Shown: positions 1-13,692, counted from the whole stretch's first letter. The stretch: 63,960 bases of DNA, filler included, from Reticulomyxa filosa (GCA_000512085.1; 19 parts of 19 records of this genome joined end to end with filler, not necessarily neighbours in it), one strand, 5' to 3'. Numbers and translations: made by a program. The notes: a model not told the origin generated them from the sequence alone.

Positions 1-37
<37 letters not shown>

Positions 38-104
38 AAAGGAGTTTGATAATATCATATATAACATGTTTGTACAAAATCCAATGTGGTAATGTTGTTG
101 ATAG

Positions 105-3100
105 ATATTCACATTGATTGTGAACATATTGATTTTCTTCAGCTGCATACTACTAGCGTTGGACTCGCACAAGCTCAAACAAAACAGCCAATTGTACACG
201 TTCATTGAAGCTTGCAACGTCATTTTCGCAATTCTATTCACAGTCGAAATGATATTGAAATTTGCTGCCCTTGGCGTGATCAAATATCCTTTCTTTGCAA
301 AGCGAACCTATCATCATGTCACCACTGAAGGTTTCCACATATACATACATGCATGCATGCATATATGCATACATACATGCACATATACATGCATACAACA
401 AAAACAAAATTGGAAATGAAATATAATTTGCAATGACACAGGTGATTTACATAAATGGAAGGTAATCTGCAGACAACAGTTTGAGAAAACGTACAAGTTG
501 CTTCCGGAATACAAAGACGTGGACCAGTATCGCCGCGGTGGTATCTACGACTGCGTGCAGTGTGTGAAGAAGCCCGACGCGAACGTGCCGAACGACGTAT
601 ACTACATTGCGCATTACATGTTCACAGAGCAAAAGTTCAACATTCGCTTTTTGTTTATAAAAGAGGCGGAAAATCGCTATCGCTACAAAGGCTCGTATTT
701 GCTCAATGAAACCACGCATCGCCGATGGGCGCCATTCGAAGACAACGGTGTAAATCATGGCTGCAATTGGGACGACGAATTGCACCAAGTGTGCACGAGC
801 GTATTGCTGAGTGACGCCAACACCAATGCATATTTCACGAGCAATTGGAATCGCTTGGACGCCTTTGTCGTGTTCGTCTCGTTATTGTCCTTAATTTTCC
901 CAAGCATCACTTTTCTGAGAAGTTTGCGCGCCATTCGTCCGTTGCGAATTGCCGCCAGAAATCCTCGCATCAAACTCGTGCTGAACACCTTGATGGCCGC
1001 CATCATCCCTGCAGGGAGCAGCATTTTGTTTGCGGGCTTGTTCATGTTGATCTTGGCCATTGTCGGAGTACAATTCTTGTCCGGAAGAATGAGCTACTGT
1101 TCCATTTTTGATGATGGGATGGATTACAGCTTGGTTCCTGAGGAAATACGATATGATTTGGCAAAAGAAGGTTCTGTCTTTTTCCTATTTTGTGTGCTTT
1201 CACAACTTACACATCAACATATACATATATACATATACATATATACATATACATATATATATATATATGTATATGTTGATGTATGCATGTGCGTGCATGT
1301 AATATTTAAAAAAAATGCAAAAAAAAAAAACAAGCACAAATGGAATTACTTGTTATGACCCTGAAATAGAGTGCCACTCGACAGAAGAACATCCAAATGT
1401 AAGATGGGTGACCAACGTGTTCAACTTTGACAACATATTGAACGGCTTCGTCACTGTGTTCGTCTTGTCTGCCTGGGATGGATGGAATCTTATCATGTGG
1501 AACGCTGTCGACGCCACCGAAATAGGTGAGGCTCCAAAACGAGATAATCATCCCGAATATGCCGCATTCTTTGTCTTGGTGTTAATTGTCGGTACGTTTA
1601 TCCAACCTTTCTTTTTGTTTTTTTTTTTAATTGTTCAATTTTTTATCATTTCATTTGCGTTTGCATAATTGGACGTTCCCCTTCCCCCTTTCCCCCCCCA
1701 CCCCCAGGTGGATTTTTTTCGCTGCGCTTGATTGTGTCGGTGGTGTTGGAGGAATTCAAGACACAGAAACGCTTCCAAGAGGGACAACTGTTCCGAAGCC
1801 AGACGCAAACCGATTGGGTTCGAACGCAGCACTTGATGTTGAAGTTTAAGCTGGAAAACCGCGCAAAGCCACCTTTGAACCGATTCAGGGCCCAGTGCTT
1901 TTACTTGGCCAACCATCGCTATGAAAGCGCACATCGATTCGATTGGTTCATTTTATGCTGCATCATTGCAAACACAATACAAATGGCCGTAAAACATCAT
2001 AATCAAGTTCTTTTTTCGTTTTTAAACAAAACAAACTAATAATAATAAATAATAAATAATAATAATAAATAATAATAATAATAATAATAATAATTAATGA
2101 TAATCCAAATGAAACATAAACTCCAATTTTGAGTGTGTATTTGTGTTGTTGAGATATTTTGACAGGGAATATGTGTCTGGCTGTGCGATTACAGAGCAAA
2201 GCTTTTGACACTTTGGAAGTGATTTCGGACTTGTTCTTTGTCGGTATCTTTACATTGGAAGCGGTCATTCGAGTCATTGGCTTAGGATGGAAATACTATT
2301 GGAGATCCAATTGGAACAAATTGGACTTTTTCATTCTGCTTATTTCTTATCCAGGTTTGTTTTTTTTTTTTTTTCTTTTAAATTTAAAAAAAAAAAAAAA
2401 AAAATTGGATTGATTTGTATTGTCAACAATCTAAAATAACTAGGATTACTGTTTGCATGCTTTCCTTATCTTGGCTCCGGATTTGCTGGAGTTCAGGCGC
2501 AGACGATTCGCACTTTTCGAATAGCCCGTATTTTGCGATTGCTAACAACGGTGAAAAGCCTCAACTTTTTAGCACGCATGTTCTTGTTTGCCCTGCCATC
2601 ACTTTGGAACATTGCAGTGACAGTGTTGATAATATTCTACATCTTCAGCATTGTCGGTGTGAATCTGTTCGGCCATGTCGACAGCGGATTGGAGAGATAC
2701 AATTTCCGAGACTTCCCACATGCCATCTACACGCTGTTTTTGTGCTCGACTGGAGAAAGTTGGTGGGTCATGTTGGGCAAATGCATGTCTCAGACCAATC
2801 AGTATATTGCGGTATTGTATTGGTTACTGTTTTTCTTGGTCGGTGGCTTGGTGAGCATGAACCTGTTCATTGGAGTCATTTTAGATACATTCAGCGAAAA
2901 CTTGAAAGCCGAAAAAGAACATGAACTCCAATTGATGAGTGTGTCACGGTTTGTGGAAGCTTGGAATGAAGAAGATCCCTCAGCCATGGGCATACTGCCG
3001 GTCCACAAGTTTTGGCGTTTGATGCTACGCACTCCTTTCCCGTCCGGATTCACACAGCCCTTGCCTAATGATGAAGCAGAGCTAACCGATGAAGCGTATC

Positions 3101-3823
3101 AACGCTTTACCAATATCATCAAATCTGGCGTGTACAAAGAACCCAATGTCATTGAAGCCAAAGAACACATTGCGAAAATCAAACTCATTTGCCAGAAAGG
3201 AATTAAAGTTGGAATTGGAAAGCATGCCGAATACCGATTTTTAAGCCAAGAACAAGAAGACATTTACACCATCGGAAACAAAATTTTACAGTTCTTTATA
3301 GACTTGTGCAATGAAGAGGAACATGATCACAATCAAGAATTTCATCATAGTGATGAAGTTATTTTTTAAAAAAAAAAAAAAAAAAAGAATATATGCATAT
3401 ATGTACATATACATATATATGTATATCTTTCCACGCATTGTCATCGTAAATACAATAAATGACATCATCTTGTTTGTATTTGTTAATCCACTTTCAGAGT
3501 GAACACTCCAGCCGACACAAAAAAAAAAAATGGCAGCAAGCAGCTCTGCCTTGTCCGTTGAAAGCGAAAATGAAGACACTGACAAGGGCGTGTGGCTGGT
3601 GGAATTTAAAGATGCTATTATTGCTCTATGTACGAGTGTCACTGGCCCAGAACTATCAGTTCGAGTCAACAACCCTCGATACGAAATGACGTTTATTGAT
3701 TGGTGGGAAAAATATGAGTCAGAAAACTTTTCCAAAAATGTCGCCGGAAGCGAAGGTGCTCTTGGCGCACAGTCAATGTTGTCTTTCGTTGACCAGTGGT
3801 TGGAAAAGAAGACAACAAAATAA
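105..3823 (+). CDS. Four-domain voltage-gated Ca2+/Na+ channel alpha subunit, domains III-IV and C-terminus (5' partial, multi-exon)
   Basis: S2 FTVEMILK; S3 WNRLDAFVV; S4 LRSLRAIRPLR (III) and IRTFRIARILRLL (IV). Pore loops FDNILNGFVTVFVLSAWDGW and NFRDFPHAIYTLFLCSTGESW; IVS6 MNLFIGVILDTF; EF-hand-like FVEAWNEEDPSAMG. Exons are separated by GT-AG introns. Confidence 0.93.
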
Positions 3824-3864
3824 AATATAAATTTTGGTGTTGTGTAATTTTTTTTTTTTTTTTT

Positions 3865-3964
3865 NNNNNNNNNNNNNNNNNNNNNNNNNNNNNNNNNNNN
3901 NNNNNNNNTTAATTAATTAANNNNNNNNNNNNNNNNNNNNNNNNNNNNNNNNNNNNNNNNNNNN
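3865..3964. other. Artificial contig-joining linker (N44-TTAATTAATTAA-N44); 18 copies in the window
   Basis: Identical 100-nt spacer with stop codons in all six frames, starting at 3865, 5991, 9415, 11496, 13693, 15072, 16540, 18193, 22902, 25042, 32769, 34894, 44190, 49604, 51564, 58351, 60272 and 61719. Confidence 0.98.
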
Positions 3965-3977
3965 TTTTTTTTGGGTG

Positions 3978-4007
<30 letters not shown>

Positions 4008-4008
<1 letters not shown>

Positions 4009-4992
4009 TTTCGGCAATCCGGAATTGACAGTGCAAATGTTTTGGAAATAATTAGAAAGATTCGGAAAAATGAAGGCATTCTTGGATTTTGGCGGGGCAA
4101 TTGGTTGAACATTATGCGCGCAAGCATCCAAAAAGGATCTTTGTTTGCGTTGAACGACTTTGGTCAAAAGCAGTTCCATCAATCGAATCTTTCATTGAGC
4201 ACGGGAAGCATTAATTTCATTAGCGGCTCTCTTGCAGGTGTCATTAGCACATTTACCACACATCCTTTGGACATAGTAAAGACAGCCAATCAAGCCATTG
4301 TTCATTCCACATCGCAGGCCCGTTTTCAAGCAATCCCGATTTGGTACGGATTAACTCTCAGCAAAGTTTCGTGTGCGTGTTTTCTGTGTAATTTGTGTAC
4401 AATATCTATTACATTACATAACGTTGTGCATCACATATACATATAAATTTATACATATACATACATATATGCGCGCATATGTTAAACAACACGTGCCATC
4501 TGTGCAAATGATTTCATGTTGTGATAAAAGGGGATATTTGGACCGTGGATCACATTGGTACCAACGCTTGCTGGGACTGCATTGTATTATGGGATAAAAT
4601 TCGCCGGCTTTGATTTGTACATGAACTATTTGAATAAACTCGCGCAGACTTTCGATCTTGAGTCGAAGACTGAGTCGGGTGTCTATCTTCAAGCCCAACG
4701 TGGCACTGCTGGAATGTTGGCGGGATTGAGTGGCAATTTCGTCTGCTTTCCGAACAATTGCGTTCGCAAATATTTGTCCACTACCAATGTCCTCTATGCT
4801 TTTCATCTCAGAACAGAGCCCCCGCTCAAGTACTTTGGCGCTGTTAAATATTTGTACAAAACATACGGTTTAAAACGTTTTTACAATGGCTTCGGCGTTA
4901 ATTTGTTGCGAAATGCACCCAACACTGGAATACAGTTTATGGTTTTTCTCTCGCTGAAAGATTACTATCAGGGCTATCAACTTAAAATCTAA
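4008..4992 (+). CDS. Mitochondrial carrier family (SLC25) protein, 5' partial
   Basis: EGILGFWRGN, carrier signature HPLDIVKT, YGLKRFYNGFGVNLLRNAP; one intron at about 4366-4530. Confidence 0.9.
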
Positions 4993-6090
4993 CATTATCA
5001 TACAAGCTATTTTTTTTTCTCCTTCATTCGCAAATTTACAATTATTACCAACACTTCATTCCCAACTGATGACGACCAATTTTTGAGCTTGTTTTGCTTT
5101 TTTCAACAGTCATGATAGTAATCGACTACCTTTTATGTTGTTATGATTTAAAAGCAAAAACTATGGTTCACAACCAATGTGTAAATTTGTTTCATTTTAA
5201 ATTTTCGGATTTTTCTGTTTTACTCGTTTTGAGATTTCTCTTAACAATTTTTTTCGGCAAGCACAAAGCAGATTATGTTTGCAATAATTAAATTTAATAC
5301 TAGGCACCATGCTGCACATATGTTCACCTTTATTCACCAGTCCAGAACTACGACCGTACGAACAGTGGGTACAGAAGCGTTTAAAGAAGCCAAAGTAAAA
5401 AAACCTGTCTTTCCAAATTTAAAATAAAATTAAAACAACTAGAAAAAAATGCCTAAAAGATTGGGCCAGTATCTTTCCGATCGCTGTCTAAAAAGTTGTC
5501 ACCGACGTAATACTAAGCAAGTCAAGTAAAGTTTTTATTGGACAATTTTTTTAAAAGAAGATTGTTTGGAGAAAAATAAACAACTATTTATAGAGAAAGC
5601 AAATTGAAAAAAGCATCAAAACACGCGAAAAAGTTCCAATAACAATCGTTGGGTTTCGTTGTCTCTTTTCTCGCCAGTAGCGTCAAGTTTGAGACCTATG
5701 CAGGCAGTACATGCTCTTGCATGTGAAAGATATGACCAACATCACCAAAATATGTTTGGGCTTGGTTGGTCCGATCGTCTTATTTTTGCTTCTATTCTTC
5801 TTCCGAATGATGGCAGCTTGTTTTTTGCGCCATGCAGATTTTTGTATGACATCGTTCCATACTATACTCGCAAATTTTTCGAAAATATACGAAATAACTT
5901 TTTTAAAATTTCGATGATGTTCTCGTTAGTTTTTTTTAATGTGATTACAGTCTTCATTCAGGTTATTTTTTTGTCCATTTTTTTTTTTTTNNNNNNNNNN
6001 NNNNNNNNNNNNNNNNNNNNNNNNNNNNNNNNNNTTAATTAATTAANNNNNNNNNNNNNNNNNNNNNNNNNNNNNNNNNNNNNNNNNNNN

Positions 6091-6147
6091 GAAAATATGG
6101 CGAAGACTCCGGATCGAGAAAATATGGCGAAGACCCCGGACCGAGAA
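6091..6147. repeat. 27-bp tandem repeat (2 copies, truncated at contig edge)
   Basis: gaaaatatggcgaagactccggatcga followed by gaaaatatggcgaagaccccggaccga; the + frame reads ENMAKTPDR twice. Confidence 0.75.
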
Positions 6148-7215
6148 GGGGTGGCAGAAATCGCAGATATGCGCGGTAACAATCGCATCCTTGTTTGCGT
6201 TACTGCTCAAAAAATTGCTCATGACAAAGAGTGAAAACATTTTGATGGAGACACATAATAATATCAATCTAGCAAGTGCACAGTGGTTGCTAAGGAAGCA
6301 ATTTACGTCTTCCGAATGTTTACTTTCCATTTTGGCATTAAAGTTTTCTTTCCTATGGCTCTCCCACTCTTCCTTTTGGATTCTGGTCATTTGATGGAAC
6401 TTCAAAGCATTTTTTTTTATTTCATGTCAACTTTTGCATCGGTGGAGAGTTTTTCCTTTTAACTCTTTTCAAATTTTTGTTTCGAAAGATGAACTCTGGT
6501 CTTGCAGTCTTTTACTCTCTTCTTACAAACACCATAAATAATGAAATGCCAATTTGCTCATATGAACCATTTACCTTCATTTTACTGAAGTAACTCATTT
6601 ATTTTGAACAATTGACGCATGTAGAAACAGTGAGCTACGACCAAGTGTAATACGAGGAATTTTGTTCCGAGAAATAAATTCAGTAACACGAAATAATTCA
6701 TGAAAGACAAACAATACAACGAAAACGAGAAAAGAGAAAGTGCTGTGAGAGTTTAGCCCACTGGGGCTCCAAGGTTCCTTGAGTTTTATGCTAGCTGTAT
6801 ATAGAGTAAGTCTATTATAACTCTCTTTTTTGTTTCCTTCGAGGTATTGTGATGGCGTAACTTTTGAATAAGCAGTTAAATTTTGAATATACATTTTCAC
6901 GCAATAACTTGCGTAAGTGGATAGTTACATATATTTCGATCAGATGCAGAAAATTGAATCAAATACATCACAAGTACTCGTGGCAATAAACAATGACAAC
7001 AAAAGAGAAACAAATTAAACATTCATTCGAAATTTTTCTGTTGAATTAAGTTTATTTTTCAAGAATAAAGACAAACACAAAATCAAAAACATCAAACAAA
7101 AATCAACAACAAAAAACAAAAAAAATTCTAAATTGAGCTTTATCTTAGTGTTTTTTATTTTTTGTTGAATTTCAGTATTATTTTTAAGGTTATTTATTTT
7201 GCAAAACGTGAAAAT

Positions 7216-8283
7216 CTAACAATGTTGTCTGAAATAATAGTAACCTCCATTGAAAGCAAAAGGACACATTAAAATAGCTAGAACAAACATGACAATAGCA
7301 GCAATTAAAAGGCCAGTGCCTTGTTTGGCCGGCTGAGATTCAGTAGTGTTGTGTCGATGATGAGAAAAATTGTAATCAGCAATAGGAGTGAAGTTCAAAC
7401 TCCATATTGTGCATTCTTCAAATTTGGAAGTTACATTGTTTGTACAAAACAGTTGTTGACCAACAGTAAGAGATTGTGTAACATTGCAAAGTTGCAAAGT
7501 ATTTCCAACGCATTTACGTGAGTTACCAAGACTTGTGGTGACATTCAGCGAATAAGAAAAAAGGGTTTTTTCACACATGCTGTTGTTGGCCCACTGCCGA
7601 TTTGTGTCATTCAACACTTGACATACATACTCATTCAAATAGACGCCTTTGCTCTCTGACGTTTGTCGGAAATGTAGAAATAGTAAATAACATATCACAC
7701 CAGCCAGTGTTACCGCCATACAAACAAGAAATAACCCCAGGCCTTTTTAATAATTTTTTTTTTTTTAATACGTATATTTTTTTATTTTTTAATTTTTTTT
7801 ATTTTTTTTTTGAAAAAAGAAAATACCTACTCTTCCAAGATTACTGGAAAAATTCTCCTCAGGTTCATTTTCCTTGTTATCATTCTTTTCTTGTTTATTG
7901 TCTTTTGGATTTTCAACATTATCATGGCCCCATGGCAATATTCCGCCGAAATGCACTCTTCGTGACGATTCTTGTCGTGGGGTTGGTACTTCTTCCAGTT
8001 TCGCTTCTTGGAACAAATGATCTATTATCTCCAACTTTTTTTGTACACTTGAGTGCATGGCAGAATTTGGACTCGGTGGATATGTTGGAGCTGGTGATAA
8101 CTCTCTTCCCAAACTCATACTTTGCATGCTGGTCAGTTCCGTCAAAGGTCCAATGCTTGGGATATCGTCTGTGCTCAGCTGCTTCGAGTTTTTCATCGCT
8201 TGTGTTGGATTCCCATCCTTGTTTTCCAACCCTGTTTTAGGGATGGTCAACGTACTGGCATCTGGCTTGCCGTTATTCATCAT
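7216..8283 (-). CDS. Two-TM membrane protein with a Cys-rich, N-glycosylation-rich loop (2 exons)
   Basis: ORFs 7789-8289 and 7216-7719 join through an A/T-rich intron (about 7745-7828). Disordered N-terminus, TM1 GLGLFLVCMAVTLAGVICYLLFL, loop with 6 Cys and many NxS/T sites, TM2 GLLIAAIVMFVLAILMCPF. Confidence 0.7.
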
Positions 8284-11200
8284 CGACACTATAGCATTTT
8301 ATACAACAACAAAAAAAGTTCTCTCTGTTCTTGAGTGTTCGTCTTGCTTATGTTACAATTGAGGAAAGGTCAACACTTATCAAATTATTAAGCAAAAAAG
8401 ACTGAAAGTAAAAAACAAGAAACTGGATTGAATTAAATTGTCTTCGAGTTTTTCATCTTACACACGCTCCTTTCATCATAATCTCGATTTTCATTAAATT
8501 AAAGAGTAATGAATAGATTATTCTCATCAACAAATCTATGGCATCAGCAACATGTGTGGCGATCTTCTCCACTAGCGTCTGTATGGACTTCTAGGAAGGA
8601 ATCAGATCAATAAAAAGTGATAATTGTCAATGAAAATAACGGAATTATTGGCGACGCAGCACGATCAAAAATGCGATCAGATAGACTCTGGCACCGTGCG
8701 TCTTTTATTTATGTGTTCAACTCAAAGTTTAATCTTAATCCAAACAAGCAAAAAATCAACAAAAAAGACGAAAATATTCCTTTTAAATCTTAATTTCAAA
8801 AAGGATCATACTGTTAATTAACGTGCATAAATCAAAAACAAAGAACTGCGCAAAAAGAATCCACCATGTCAAAAAAATCTACTGAAAGCTGTTTTGTGTT
8901 TTACAAAACAAAGATGTTTAATCGAAAATGTTTACTAATTTTAGCACTATCATAAAAGTAAAAAGAAGTTTTTATATTTAACATGAATTTCTCGCAAAGT
9001 TCCTTTGCAAAAAATTATGTGAAAAAAATTTGCTTTTGATGTTCAGACTTTACTTTCATCAATTCACATTCTGACATATTAGTCTTCATAACATCATTGC
9101 TTCCCGGGAAGCAGCAAACTAATGAATAAGGAATATACATTTAGTCGATTTGTTGAAATCGTTTTTCCGAAAGTTAGCACTTTCCTTCCACTTATTATAC
9201 TGCAACTGCTTCAATTCATATTTTGTAAATACTGAATTGAATAACATCTAGAAATATTATCAAACTAGACAACTTTAAGCTTTCATACAGCTTCTACGCA
9301 AAGAGGAAGATATACCAAATTGAAATTAAATTCTCCAACAACAGAACAAAAATTTTATACGTGTACAATCAAACAAAAAATTTTATGAAGCAAACTCTGG
9401 GACATTTGTATTCTNNNNNNNNNNNNNNNNNNNNNNNNNNNNNNNNNNNNNNNNNNNNTTAATTAATTAANNNNNNNNNNNNNNNNNNNNNNNNNNNNNN
9501 NNNNNNNNNNNNNNTTTTTTTTTTGCTCGGGTCTTTTTGTTCTTTCAAAAATCGGTCAATTTCTTTATTGTACTCGCATATACTTTGAAGTGAAATGTGA
9601 CTGTGGCTTTGCCAGACGTTCATTTGGGACTGTGTGTAAGGGTAGCCAAATAGAAATGTCGTTCCAACTGTGAGTTGGAAAATAAAAACTCTCATGTAAA
9701 AAAAATATTGGACAATATTAAAAACTTCTGGAGCTTTTGTACAGTTGTTTCTCTGTAATAACGTCATAAGCTAAATCTAAAAAAAATTAGAATGCCACAG
9801 ATGACAAAGAGCAATAATACCACACTAATTTTCATTTTAAAGAGCTTGTTCAACTGTTCATAGATTTAGAGCTCTTTTTTTAAAAAACTTTTTCTTAGTC
9901 TAGAACTTTTTTCCCTCTTTATCGTAAAAAAAAATATTGATAAGTTTTTTGGTAAAATATTTTGATAAAAATAAGTTATTTTGATGAATGTGGCCATTGA
10001 AATTTAAACTACAAACTTCTTTTTTTATGGCTATTGTGCTGTTGGATAGTTGTAAGGGCTCTTTTTCTTGGTGATGTTGGAGTTCTCTAGTGCTGGCGTT
10101 GGACGTTGACTATGCTTTTCAATATTTACTCCCTAATGGCGCGCATGTCATTTTCTTCAAAGTTGGCTGTTACAATTCCTCAATTAAAAACAAGGCCACT
10201 TCTCACCAGACCAACCACTATAACGTCAACAATTATATTAACAATTTCACAGGTGACCAGTCCGACTATCAAACAAAATATCGCGCCAACTATTGCACCA
10301 ACTCTAAAATCAATTACTAAAATACAAATCGCGATCATAAATATGGACAGTCAAATTTGTGGACACTTAACAGGATTTGCAAAAATAATGAATGGGGAGC
10401 ATTGGATTTCGTGGTCACCTTTCAGTTAATTTTTGTATCTTTTTTCAATTAAAAAAATAAATAACCAAGAAAAAGATTGATATAAGTATGAAAATTATTT
10501 TTTTAATTTATATAGACGTATACAAATATAAAATATAAATAGACATGGACATGGCATGTGCAAAATGTTGTGCTTAAATACTTGGCAAAGTCCAAAATGG
10601 TGACACAACAGCCAAGACAATGCGCACACTAATATTGAGTTATGGCTTGGGCGATTTCAATAGTCCTCAAATGGAGGACGATAAATGGCCGATCCATAAT
10701 GACGTCCGCGCCTGCAGCAACAAACAATAAGTAAGCAACTAAATTATGACACGACAAATTAGTATATATCAACAATTTACATGACATAAGTATATATATT
10801 TACACACTTTTTTTTTATATGTAGAATTATACACAAAAATAACGTATAAATTTGGTGATGTATATACACATTATTGAAAAAAAATATAGACAAAGCACCC
10901 ACGATGATCCAGTGACAACAAGAAGAAAAAGGGGTAGAAGTCAACCCCGTCTCCGAAAGGATTATGAAAGGTTTGTCCTATCTTTATAGTGTATATATAA
11001 ATATGTTAATGTGTTATGTGTTTTTGCACAGGAGTCCCCCCCGCCAGAAACAGTTACATGTATACCCAATTCACACAAAACAAAACATTGGGGTCGAAGG
11101 CCGTCCGGTGCGCAAAATAAGGAATAATGGTTTGTTATATTTTATATATGTTTATCTTTCTTTTGTTAAGATAGTGTGATTGTGTGTATATCATAAATAG

Positions 11201-11923
11201 GAATTCCCCCTCACAAGAAAAAAATATGTGTATATTCTTTCATCCCCCTCATCCACACAAAACAAAAATATGTTGTTGAGTGTTTTTAACACAGTTGAAA
11301 AAAAATTTAGATGAAGTTTGAATTATATTTTTACAGTTAAATATATTTTTTCTTGTGCATATAAAAACATAAAAAATAATTTTGTTGTTTGTGTAATAGG
11401 TGTACCAGGATCCAAAAGAAAAAAAGAAGTTTTAGAAAATGTTGTGATGGGAAAAAATGGAAAAATAAAAAAACTGAGAAAAAGATAATAAAAAANNNNN
11501 NNNNNNNNNNNNNNNNNNNNNNNNNNNNNNNNNNNNNNNTTAATTAATTAANNNNNNNNNNNNNNNNNNNNNNNNNNNNNNNNNNNNNNNNNNNNTTTTT
11601 TTTTTTAACACCCTTTTTCAATACGTATACACACATACATGCACGTTTATATGTATAAATTTAGAGATGCTTACGTTTATATAAATACATATACAATAAT
11701 ATGTATATATATAATCTTTTTTTTTAAATACGTTTGATTGCAATGTAAAAAAAAGGTCCCTATTACCTGTCCGGCAAAGCTGTTCCCGGTTGGAATGTAA
11801 ATACCTCATCGTGGATATGGTCTTCCCAAATGCAAGGTCTGTCCTCATTTGCATTAAAATGGTAACACAAAACAAACAAGCAAATGAATGACATATACAT
11901 AAATTTATATATTGTATGTCAAG

Positions 11924-12453
11924 ATCAACAAGTTTTCTTTCGAAAAGTGATCCGAATTCCAATGTCGACAAGCCCTTTGGCAAGCATGAGCGTGATGACA
12001 ACAAGTAAGTTGATAGCGACGTATGGGGGTGGGGCATCGTACGACCCGCAGCGCGACGTGATATGGCTGATCGGGGGATACTCGGACTACGAAGAAGAGG
12101 AGCCTGTGAACTTGGTTCAATATTGGAGCGTGCAAAACAATAGCGCGAACACGTGGGACGGTATATTGGACAGCAGCTGCGTCAGCGGTGCCAACGCTTA
12201 CAACACCATCTATCAAAGCTCCAGCTTGTGGTTTGGCGCTCCGACGGGTTTATGTCAATACCAATTGGTCGACGACGACAGCAACACCACCACTCGTCTG
12301 TGGACATGGCCCAACTCTACTTCTTCCAACGCCACCGCCATCGCTCTGAACACCGACTTCCAAGATATCCTTTACATTGTCACTTCCGACCACATCTTTT
12401 GGATCTTTGATATCAACGCTGCCATCAACAATCTTGCTAATCCCTGGGATTTT
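11924..12453 (+). CDS. Kelch-like/beta-propeller exon, hypothetical protein
   Basis: GC-elevated open exon with DVIWLIGGY (Kelch-type GG motif), beta-rich Trp-containing sequence and NxS/T sites; GT donor at about 12454. Confidence 0.5.
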
Positions 12454-12478
12454 GGTATATTCAAATAAAAGCAAATAC

Positions 12479-12491
12479 ATATAATATATAT

Positions 12492-12584
<93 letters not shown>

Positions 12585-12590
12585 ATATGT
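12479..12590. repeat. (TA)n microsatellite
   Basis: About 100 nt of near-pure TA dinucleotide; similar tracts fill many introns in the window. Confidence 0.95.
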
Positions 12591-12623
12591 TTTATATTAA
12601 AATAAAAAATAAAAAAAAAATAG

Positions 12624-13407
12624 CGAGGATGGAAACATGCTTCGACGTTCGTGGTTCCAAATCTTAAAGTGTGTGTCAGAGATTGACATGTTACATTTGG
12701 TGAAATCACGTGAGGTAGTGGACGCGACCCATTTCATAAGCGACCAAGAACGTGTGCAAATTAGCAACGCGCATAACCACGGGAGTGGCGGACATCCGTC
12801 GAAGAATTACAAAACCAAGTTGATTCAAGAGCACACGAAATTTACGCGAGAAGGGGTGTTGCGATTTTCCGGGGAGTACGCAAATGCGGCCATGGTCGCC
12901 GCAGAAATCCCGGCGTCGACAGTCGATAAGATATTTGCCGATAGCATCAAACTCGACAACGAATCGATTGTCCATTTTTGCATTGCCTTGGCGGCGGTGA
13001 GCGCGGTGGAGTTGGATAACCCTTTGAACCCGCGCGTGTTTTCTTTGCGTAAGATTATCGAGGTGGCACATGACAATATTCATCACCGCATTCCATTGAT
13101 TTGGCAGCGCATTTGGAGCGTGCTGGCACCGCACTTTGTGAAAGCAGGACTGCATCGCAATGTGAACATTGGCGAATACAGCATCAACAGCTTACGACAA
13201 TTGGCGGGCCTGTTCTTTGAAAAGGAAGAACTCACCAATTTCCAATTCCAATCCAAGTTTTTGCAGCCCTTTCATCAAATCATGGAACAATCCAAAAACC
13301 AAGCCGTTCGATTGCTCATTGTCGAATGCATTTTCATCATTGTCAAAACGAGATTTACCAATGTCAAGTCAGGATGGAAGGCTGTTTTTCAGTTCCAAAC
13401 ATATACA

Positions 13408-13439
<32 letters not shown>

Positions 13440-13692
13440 TTATATTATATATGTATACTAACTTGTTTGGGTAATAAAAATAAGGTAATGTCATTAGCAG
13501 CAAAAGATCCCCACGAAATGCTCGTGTCGAAAACGTATGATATAATGGAATCCATTCTGCAGGAATACTTTCCATTGCTGCGGTACAAAATTGACGTGTT
13601 GCCGTCGGAAGAACTGAAGCAAAACGCGGACGATTTGACCGACCAAAGCAGTGATAACAACACCAACAACAATAATAACAATAACAATAACA
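12624..13692 (+). CDS. BIG1/BIG2/Sec7-type large ARF-GEF, HDS region (partial)
   Basis: EDGNMLRRSWFQILKCVS, VDKIFADSIKLDNESIVHF, PRVFSLRKIIEVAHDN, RIWSVLAPHF, SLRQLAGLFFEKEELTNFQFQSKFLQPF and NVKSGWKAVF are hallmark HDS motifs of BIG/Sec7. Confidence 0.92.

Noticed and set aside
3865-3964. Regularly recurring TTAATTAATTAA motif as a repeat array or biological signal
   Set aside because: Always embedded in identical N runs; it is a synthetic six-frame-stop linker. ORFs ending in X runs are artefacts.
10027-11280. Thr/Pro-rich ORFs and two loosely similar ~70-nt segments at ~11030 and ~11200
   Set aside because: Interrupted by stops, no recognisable family, and the similarity is too weak to call.
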